Shown: piece by piece, positions 44,601 through 54,400 of the stretch
How positions within the stretch are numbered: position 1 is the first letter of the stretch
Layout of the letters: each line of letters begins with the position of its first letter
Source of the DNA: Trichoplax sp. H2
Taxonomy: Eukaryota
Direction: 5' to 3'
Length of the DNA stretch: 64,000 nt
Assembly: GCA_003344405.1 (NCBI GenBank)
Contig: NOWV01000026.1
Span: 434,001-498,000, forward strand
Notes under the pieces: generated by a model
Told to the model about the DNA's origin: nothing
Databases searched by the model: none
The model's input: the letters and a program-made list of their open reading frames with translations, nothing else
Translations under genes and position numbers: made by a program

Positions 44601-47204
44601 CGAACTACACACACTGCTATACAGTACAAAAGCCATGCACGCCTAAATATAAAAATTGCTTATTTACTTTCATAGGTAGTACATTCACTAGCATAAAGAG
44701 TGAAAGCATACCATCTTCTGTATCGAAATTTATCACCATGTCAACTTCTGCATTTACAGCAAGTCCATCTCTGATTCCCGTTGCAGTACCGACTGTTATA
44801 GCATTTGCACTTGTAACTATCATGCTCATTGCCTGGTTCGCATATCGAAGGAATTTATGCCCGCATAACTCAGCTTGCTCATCCAGAATATCACGCAATC
44901 GTGTAACATTAAGGAGAGGGAAGATCATTGTTAAACAAGAGCAAGATCGTCAATCGACCGATATTTTTTCAGATTCGTTAAAAGGGAATGGTAATAGAAA
45001 CAGCCGAATGCGCTCGCCTATCCCTTCTTATATGATGGATCAAGGTAAGAAAATTTCGAATAATTTTATATAGATTAAATGAAATGTTTAGATAGTGTAA
45101 TAAATATTCTACAATATATTTCGTATAATAAGTACAGTATACTGCAGTAGTTAGTGTCGCCGGTAACTGTAAATCTATTCTTACGTATTTGAAGCTCAAA
45201 TGGCTGCTAGCTTTGACTTATTAATCTCTGCACGATATTCTCATTAACAGTGACTATAATATGTAATTATATCAATAGATAAGAATATCGACCGATAAAA
45301 ATATTGCCTTATTTTTAGATACAGATGTAGAAATGACTAGCTACAGTTATCCAACAGGCGTTAATACGAACCTAATAAATACAGCTGCTCAGGCCAGCAC
45401 AACGAGAAAAGCAGCCGATGAAGATATTAGAAGCAATGATGCCCTAATAAACGAAAGATCCTCAGATGCTGCAGCTGGTCATTCATTGACAAGCTTAGAT
45501 ACAAGTACAGTCATAACGCCAGCTTCTAAGACTAGTTCTGATAGACTCCGTCAATCTGCTAGCAATCTTAATAGTCATCGAAAAGGAGACGATGAAAACG
45601 ACGCATACAGCGTTATACTTGCTGATGATGACTACAGCTCGTCAGAAGCGTCTTCTATATTTTTTCCAATCCCTAGTACCAACGACAAGCTAGATCGTCA
45701 AAGTATTCACGGTGGTTATCAATCAGATGAGGATTCACATGTTACTGACGAACTTAGTACTAGTTCTCGTGATCATTTTTATAACGTGAATCGTCAAAGG
45801 AGTCTTAGACGTAGTCATAGAACCGCTAGTCGACATTCACTTGGAAATGAAATTCGTAAGCAACGACGTCATATTCAACGTAGAAGTAGCAGCAGAGCTT
45901 CGTTAAATAAAATAGCATTTTCTACGGCCCCGCGATATGAACATCATGACTCTCATAAGTCAGTGCGAGAAAGTGAATACGAAACAGCGTCGATGAGGAA
46001 AACTAGCCATCGACCGCCTGCTGCAAAAGCACCTAAACTAAGCATCTCAAATAAACCTATTTCAAGCTCGAGTTCGCGAAGTCTGAGATCTCATTTACCT
46101 CGCGAGGGCTATGAGTATAATTATGAATCAGGAATTAACAGAGTAAAGTCTTCCAGTGAGAAGGGTTCCAGGGGTGAACGTCGAGTTGTAACTCGCTCCG
46201 CAACTACTGCTGGAACGCACACACAAGGTAATAGGTTATACAGTACAATTGGCAGTCGGGATCAAAGGGAAAAAACACTCGCACAGCAATTGTCTGCAAG
46301 TATAGGTAGGAAACCATCGAAATCTGTTAGTTATAAGGACCAGTCAGCGATTATGGAATATCCGATATCATGCTTAGAAGTCGTAAAAGATATCGGTGAA
46401 GCAGAATTCATTACGGTTCATTTAGCAAAAGCGAAAGGTCTACGAGGCGTTAATGTTCGCTACGTAGCTTTGAAGAAGATCAAAGATCCATTGGACAAAG
46501 CGGTTGCCAAAAAGTTTTTCCAGGAAGTAGCAATCCTAAATAAAATTAAACATAAGAATGTTACACGTCTGTTAGCTATTTCGACACGAAATCAAGTTTT
46601 GGCAACGATTATTGAATATCCTGAATTTGGTAATTTGCATCAGTACTTGCAACAGGCAACTAATGAGATCGATTTAGGTCAACCGGGTGTTCCTCCTATT
46701 TCCCCATCTTACTTGTTGCTAATGGCTAAACAAATAGCGGAAGGAATGCAGTATTTGACTTCATTAGATATTGTACATCGTGATTTAGCGACTCGTAATT
46801 GTTTGGTAGGATCATCGTACTTTATTAAAGTTTCAAATTTTGGTGTAGTGAATAGAGATTTCATGCGTGACTATTATATTATGGAGGATTTGCCTCCATT
46901 GCCAATAAGATGGATGGCACCGGAGGCCATATTAGAAGGAGACGTTACAACTTCTAGTGACGTGTGGGCTTTTGGAATTACATTGTGGGAGATTTTAACG
47001 TTTGCCAAACGACCATACGGCGATAAAAGTGATGTAGAAGTATTAGAGAATATAATTAAGTTATATGAAGGTGGAGAAAATGCCGTCCTACTAAACCAAC
47101 CGTCTTTTGCGTCGAATGAATGCTATAAACTAATGCAAAAATGCTGGAGATTAGATCCGAAACGCAGACCATCCTTTGAAGATATTGTAACTATGTTCTC
47201 TTAA
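41676..47204 (+). CDS. DDR-like receptor tyrosine kinase 2: signal peptide, one discoidin domain, DS-like domain, Thr-rich stalk, TM, long Ser/Arg-rich juxtamembrane region, atypical kinase domain
   Basis: Exons 41676-41745 (MILRKALVFATIYLIIAPRIHAQ), 42188-42486 and 42840-42993 (CSYPLGM..ARL..GDKAWC..CMGVELYGC), 43190-43702 (GIGKLTDG..WIGW..WIGLSEI), 44256-44420, 44676-45044 (TM LIPVAVPTVIAFALVTIMLIAWFAY), 45319-47204 (VALK, HRDLATRNCLVG, RDYY, LPIRWMAPE, SDVWAFGITLWEI). Confidence 0.93.
42645..42825. repeat. Imperfect local duplication in an RTK2 intron
   Basis: aagaccctgtaaatctcgcactgtcg...agggttgaaatattgatttagttctta vs aagaccttgtaaatgtcgcgctatcg...agggttgaaatataaattaagttctta. Confidence 0.6.
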
Positions 47205-48496
47205 ATAGTCACTGTGTTATTTAAGGTAACGCTTCGCTTTTGTTTTCAGTTGCGTAGAATTAAAGTACCAGTACATTACTGTTTTAAAAAGGTTTCGTAA
47301 ACAATATCACATCTACCGTTTACTGAAATTAGGATTCATTTATTCTGACTCTCAGAGCCAAGGAGCTTGCTGTAATGATTACCTTCCAGCGGTAGTGATT
47401 GACTTTTTCCATAATAATAATAACTCGTATAATCATAAGAATAAATAAGAGATGGGCATGTCGTAAAAGTATTGATATGGTTGTTCTACTTTCTAAATCT
47501 ATAACATTAAGTTTCCTAATATTGCTAAATGTTAGCTTCGAATATGAAAATCGGCTATTGCTCTTAAGCTATCGCTCAGATTAACGTTACTAACAGTAAA
47601 TCTACGATAAATACGAACATTGAGGCTGGTACTTTGTTATTTTAAGATAAATCATCGTTCCGTAGCTGATTTTAAAAATATCACGAAGGTTGTGATACTA
47701 TATACTGCTACACTGTACAACACCTACTTATTGTATAATGTATACCCGTATTCAACGCTTGAAGTGAGAAATCCATTAAAGAATACTTTTAGCATTTAGC
47801 ATATTCTACAAGTTAATTGAACCGTGAAGCTTAATTAAAGTTACCTTTGTAAGTACAGTGCAGTACATTTACAGCTCAAAGTAGTGAGCAAACTGCATTA
47901 TTAACCCTTAAAGTGCAGTGTATTTATTTGCGTTTCCAACATTTGGAGAGCAAAGTACTAGTAATTATTACTATGTGCTTTGACTGTACTGGTATAGACA
48001 GTCGTAATTCTATCAACATGTATAAAAAGTTCAGCTCTCTAGCTACATTATAGTATACTATAAGTATAATATTTTTTACGTTAGTTTCAGCACTATTATT
48101 TCCCTTTTTCTACGTCTGCAAACAAAAATAAATATACCGTACCTAAGTGTACAGTGTACAAATAAGTGAAGCTTTTTCTTCTACTGTACAGTAGCGAGCA
48201 TCTATCAGGTCCGAATGCTCCCATTGCTGTTGTTTCAGCATTATTTTTTCCCCTTTTTCTACATCTGAAAACAAAATAAATATACCGTACCAAAGTGTAC
48301 AGTAGCAAGCATCGATCAGGTCCGAATGCTCCATTGCTCTTGTTTCAGCACTATTTTTTCCCCTTTTTCTACATCTGAAAATAAAATAAATATACCGTAC
48401 CAAAGTGTACAGTGTACTAATAAGTGAAAACTTTTTCTTCTACAGTAGCAAGCATCGATCAGGTCCGAATGCTCCATTGCTCTTGTTTCAGCACTA

Positions 48497-48584
48497 CTAG
48501 TGCAAACTCCCGTCGCTTTGCTGACGGTTTACGATAATGTGCTCATTTAACAGATAGTATTACCATTTGATAGACCTGTCAGAG
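48497..48584 (-). mobile_element. Helitron-like 3'-terminal fragment, copy 2, inserted in a tandem-repeat unit
   Basis: Minus strand ...aaaCCGTCagcaaagcGACGGgagtttgcaCTAG|T (hairpin 48510-48527, CTAG 48497-48500). It interrupts the unit exactly at gcactA|Ttttt, an A|T target. It is absent from the inverted copy at ~50918-50990. Confidence 0.65.
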
Positions 48585-49530
48585 TACAGTACAGTGTGCA
48601 AATTAAGTGAAGCTTTTTCTTCTACAGTACAGTAGCGAGCATCTATCAGGCCCGAATACTCCATTGCTCTTGTTTCAGCACTATTTTTTCCCCTTTTTCT
48701 ACGTCTGAAAACGAAATAAATATACCGCAGCTAAGTGTTCAGTGACAAAAGTGTACAAATAAGTGAAAACTTTTTCTTCTACAGTAGCGAGCATCTATCA
48801 GGTCTGAATACTCCCATTGCTCACATTGAATGGGAATGGAATCTAGTGTAAATCGTCTTCACTGAGTAAGCATTGTTATGGGCTAACTCTGTCATAAACT
48901 CTGTTCTTCTATAGTAAGTGTTTTATACATAATTGCATAGATAGCTACTATTACTTAATATAAGAAGTGCACTGCCTAGACAATTACCATAAATTAGATA
49001 TACTGTATTTTAATGTATTGAAGTCTACGCGTGATACAGTATAAAGTGACAAATACGTTACATATTTGTTGTACTGTATACTCCTGTTATCCTACTATTC
49101 GTAATGCTGATCTTTGTTTGTTCTTATACAGTACTGTAACCTAGAATATCTAAGCAGCACAATAGATTAAGAATCCTGTTCCGTCGAATTCTTCCTTATG
49201 TGTCTGTCTCTTTACTCATGGCTACTCTCCTTGCTACTTATACTGTACAGTATTCCTAATAAACTTGATTCTCTCTCAAATCCCATCTCTCATTGGTTAC
49301 TGAGTCTGATATCGGAAGATATTACAAAGCCTGCTACGTCACACTACAACACTCGACTTACTGTACTGTACTGTACTCAGTTAGACGGTTAGACCCGTGG
49401 AGAATTGACAATGCGAGTCACGTGACCTCTAATGCTGTCAAAGTTCCGGTTCGGTTCTACAGTAGGTTCATCAAAAGGTACAGTGCACTACAGTACCGTA
49501 CTGTACAGTACTGTACAGTACTGTACAGTA

Positions 49531-49550
49531 NNNNNNNNNNNNNNNNNNNN
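49531..49550. other. Assembly gap (20 N)
   Basis: Run of 20 n, preceded by a TAC(A/T)G array and followed by a restart of the sequence first seen at 47916. Confidence 1.
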
Positions 49551-51436
49551 CAGTGTATTTATTTGCGTTTCCAACATTTGGAGAGCAAAGTACTAGTAAT
49601 TATTACTATGTGCTTTGACTGTACTGGTATAGACAGTCGTAATTCTATCAACATGTATAAAAAGTTCAGCTCTCTAGCTACATTATAGTATACTATAAGT
49701 ATAATATTTTTTACGTTAGTTTCAGCACTATTTTTTCCCTTTTTCTACGTCTGAAAGCACAAATAAATATACTGTACCTCACCTAAGTGTACAGTGTACA
49801 AATAAGTGGAAGCTTTTTCTTCTACAGTAGCGAGCATCTATCAGGTCCGAATGCTCCCATTGCTGTTGTTTCAGCATTATTTTTTCCCCTTTTTCTACAT
49901 CTGAAAACAAAATAAATATACCGTACCAAAGTGTACAGTGTACAGTATGTACAGTACAGTACGGTACTGTAGTGCACTGTACTGTACCTTTTGATGAACC
50001 TACTGTAGAACAGAACCGGAACTTTGACAGCATTAGAGGTCACGTGACTCGCATTGTCAATTCTCGACGGGTCCAAGTCCCAGTGACACTGACACCTATT
50101 AACGTACAGTACTATACTGACTTTACAGTACCGTACAGTGCAGTAAGTCGAGTGTTGTAGTGTGACGTAGCAGGGTTTGTAATATCTTCCGATATCAGAC
50201 TCAGTAACCAATGAGAGATGGGATTTGAGAGAGAATCAACTTTATTAGGAATACTGTAAGTAGCAAGGAGAGTAGCCTTGAGTAAAGAGACAGACACATA
50301 AGGAAGGATTCGACGGAACAGAATTCTTAATCTATTGTGCTGCTTAGATATTCTAGGTTGCAGTACTGTATAAGAACAAATAAAGATCAGCATTACGAAT
50401 AGTACAGTAGGATAACAGGAGTACAACAAATACAGTATGTAGCGTATTTGTCACTTTATACTGTATCACGCGTCGACTTAAATACTGTACTGTACATTAA
50501 AATACAGTACTGTACTGTACTGTATATCTAATTTATGGTAATTGTCTAGGATGTGTACAGTACTTCTTATATTAAGTAATAGTAGCTATCTATGCAATTA
50601 TGTATAAAACACTTACTATAGAAGAACAGAGTTTATGACAGAGTTAGCCCATAACAATACTTACTCAGTGAAGAGGATTTACACTAGATTCCATTCCCAT
50701 TCAATGTGAGCAATGGGAGTATTCAGACCTGATAGATGCTCGCTACTGTAGAAGAAAAAGTTTTCACTTATTTGTACACTGATCACTTAGCTGCGGTATA
50801 TTTATTTCGTTTTCAGACGTAGAAAAAGGGGAAAAAATAGTGCTGAAACAAGAGCAATGGAGTATTCGGGCCTGATAGATGCTCGCTACTGTACTGTAGA
50901 AGAAAAAGCTTCACTTAGGTTTGGTGTATTTATTTTGTTTTCAGATGTACAGTAGAAAAAGGGGATAAAATAGTGCTGAAACAAGAGCAATGGAGCATTC
51001 GGACCTGATTGATGCTTGCTACTGTAGAAGAAAAAGTTTTCACTTATTCGTACACTGTACACTTTGGTACGGTATATTTATTTTGTTTTCAGATGTAGAA
51101 AAAAAGGGGAAAAAATAGTGCTGAAACAAGAGCAATGGAGCATTCGGACCTGATCGATGCTTGCTTGCTACTGTAAAAGAAAAAGTTTTCACTTACAGTA
51201 CAGTACAGTACAGTACAGTACTGTAAGAATTAGCGCCAATTTTAAATTAATGTACAGTACTGTACTGTACACTGTACAAGTACACGTCGTACAGTAAGGT
51301 ACAGCATCAGCGACTACTCAATCAAAATTATAGGACAGTATTGACATCTTTAGCATGGTCCAAGATCACTGGTTGACTGGCAAACCGCAGTCAGCGTTCT
51401 CTGACTTGTTTTTATGATTTGTATCAAGGGGAAAAA

Positions 51437-54400
51437 ATGGCACTCGTGGAAGAACTAAAGCAATGGAATAAGGAGACTATTCGAGAAAAATTCGATGCTA
51501 CTCTTTTGCTTATCTTAATATCCTTATTTCTTAAGATGGGATATTGCTGTAGCTAATACCGTATCATTCAACTGAATCTTACAGTATGTTAGTTATATGG
51601 TTGAAATAGTCCCTGCAGTGCACAGTGGAAAAATCGACTGTAATGACGTAAATATTCATCGAAGCAAAGTTAAATGGAATGATTTGACTTTCATTATGTT
51701 CAGTAGGAATAATAATAGGAAGAGTAAATAGCAATTACAAGTACATGTAATAACCAACGATTATTGCAACTTAGTAAAATTATTCCATCTTGCCAGATGC
51801 CTCAAATTTATATCACGTCGAGTGAATTGAACTTTAGTTGAATTGCGCCAACACCACCATGCAACGGGATCTTCCTTGTATTTTTCTTAGTTTAATGGGA
51901 TTAACTGTACAGTACATTGCAGCTCAGCAGAATGACGATAGCATTTTCTTGTAACTTAGCTATTCTCTTACGCAATGTATTGCATTGATGTTTCAGAAAC
52001 GCTTGTGAATTTTTGTTTCAGCTACATATCATTGTTGTACACAGTTGTAGAAAACTATAGAGTATAGTACATGTTATTGGTTTTACTCATTTCTTTAACT
52101 GAATTTACGATGAGCTACGACGCGATCAGGACGTTTCACTAAAACTAGGTAAGGCTACTCTCATTAGGAAAGGATGGTATTGTGCGCGCGCAAAAGTTAT
52201 GAAACATAACTGTATAGTAGTTAATCACAGTGCATGGTAACGTCGAGGCAATTCTAAAATGCAGTATAAATGTTATATTCATTGCCTTACTGTACTCGTA
52301 GCCTTGTATCTTTATCTACATCCGTTGAGGCATCCACAGTTCAATAAGTTAATGATATTATATATAATGTTTCATGTTGGAACGTTTTAATGATCGGATT
52401 CCAAACGGATATATAATACGTTTCAGAATTAATACACTGCTACTTTTAGTGTATCAATAGACTTTATCAAAGTTGAATTTTGAACACTGTAATTCCTATT
52501 ACTGTATATTAGCGGACCGTGTCCGCTAAGTTCGATTTTGGTCTGTAATTAAAAACGTAGTATTTTCCCACGAGATGAAGCAGTATTTAATTACTTAAAA
52601 ATACTGCAAATTTGTACGTTAATGCTTTAGTTACACGTATTTCTGATTATGATACTATTGCCGTAAATTTCCACATAGATTATTTTAAATGTGCGACGTC
52701 TCACCTATTGCCAACAATAACCATCATGGATGTAGAAGAGAAATTTTTTGCGGTAATACTTGAACAGGTGATTTGGAAGCTACTATATTGTTTGCAATGA
52801 ATTTATTACTCATGAAAGTATAAAGTTTTAGACACTAAAGCAAATTAATCATGTTTTGCTTATTTTTACGTTGGCCAGAGTTGTGTGCTCTTTGATCAAA
52901 TTTTAGAAAGGGTAGGTTCTATAATTGGTGACAAGTCAGCTGATAAATCTTCAGAAGATGTTATAGAGTCATTACAGGTATACTGCAACGATCTACAATT
53001 ACACTTTTGAGATGGTACTGCATGACGCTGTCTTTCTTTAGTTTACTATATCCGGATTGTATTTTATGGCAGATACAAACATACATTCTGCATCTAGTTC
53101 ATCTGAAAGTAAACTTTCAAAGCGTAGCTTAAATTATAATTACATATGTTTATATTTTGATTATCAGCTTTCAATAGATTGTTTGGACTGTTTTGACTGT
53201 TGCATTCAATTTGTCATTGAAAAGAAGAATGAAGTATTATTTTTACAAGATATATTGTCACTGCCTACCGCTGTATTATACATTATTCATTCTTCCTTTT
53301 CGCACTGCAAGAACAGCGATAAAATTTACGGAGAACTTTTTCAATCCGTCTCTACACAATTGACAACTTTATTTAAGAATTCATTCGCTTTGCAAAAGGT
53401 AATCAATGTTCTATAATTCTATAGCATGAGTTAACTTTTTTGATTGAATGGGTTTACAAGGCATTCCAGCCTGAGATAACTATCAATACAGTACTAATGT
53501 CGTAAGAATCATTCATCTGAACCATCCGGTAAATGTCATATTGTAGTCTCTGAATGATCTCCTTGACGTTGTTAAAATTCCTGACGAAGCTGCTGATCCA
53601 GTTTGTGATAAAATGGCTGACAGTAAGTACTCCAACAGACTAGTTTCGATGTTACAGAAGCTAATTAATAACGTAGTAAGGGAAACATTCTAGATCTGAA
53701 ATTGTGCATACATACTGTTTGCGTCAATAGCATATTGTTTTTTAGCTGCACGCACGTAACTAATTCAATTTTATATTATTGCTTAAATCCAGCATTTAAC
53801 AACCTTACTATCTAATGATTTCCTCTTCTAGTATGTCATCATATTATGGATATTAGCTCTGTGAGTTGCGGTATGGATATCGCTTTGGTTATAAACACTT
53901 GGAAAGCTTTACACAAGTAAGCGATATTTGTTTACCGTTTTATCAAGATTTGCAATTATAAATCATTCATTTTGTGGTATTTATACAGGATCATAAATAA
54001 ATACAAGAATTTATTGGAAGATCGATTAGAAGTTTGTAGATTGCTTAATAGATTACAGTTATCAAAATAAATGTTCATGGTATTAATTGAGAATAATATC
54101 CTTCCAAATAGCATGATAAGATTATATTTCAGCTAGTAAGTATTGTGTCCGAAAAAATACAGCAATGCTTGAATATATCCAAAAAGAGAACCGTACAAAC
54201 ACAGGTATTACACAGTAATTCATATGATGACCTTGACATCCATTTGAGTATCTGAATTACAGTCGTGCAGAGGTTGCAAATGTGTTTGGTATGACTAAAT
54301 ATACATTGTTTAAGATAATATAAAATACTGTGAAAAATAAAATTTAATCTTATTAGCTGCGATTTTGAATATAATTGTTTACTTATCATTCAATCAAGGG

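Larger units (their letters stand above)
47916..51200. repeat. Complex duplicated region: direct copy 47916-48300 / 49551-49940 plus inverted copy ~48300-49510 / ~49950-51175, containing a ~110-150-bp tandem unit
   Basis: Tandem unit gtttcagcactattttttccctttttctacatctgaaaacaaaataaatataccgtaccaaagtgtacag...gcatc(t/g)atcaggtccgaatgctccattgctctt occurs ~5x on + at 48083-48820, ~1.5x on + at 49719-49940 and ~3.5x on - at 50710-51195. The unique block 48820-49490 is the reverse complement of 49970-50710. Confidence 0.95.

Noticed and set aside
49489..49530. TACAG arrays as telomeric repeats
   Set aside because: They are not TTAGGG-like, orientation is mixed within a run, and they are scattered at internal TA sites.
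48083..51200. CRISPR-like array or coding ORFs in the repeat block
   Set aside because: Units are ~110-150 bp with no unique spacers, there are no cas genes and the context is eukaryotic. The ORFs here (YCTV/TVQY-rich) are translations of TACAG repeats.
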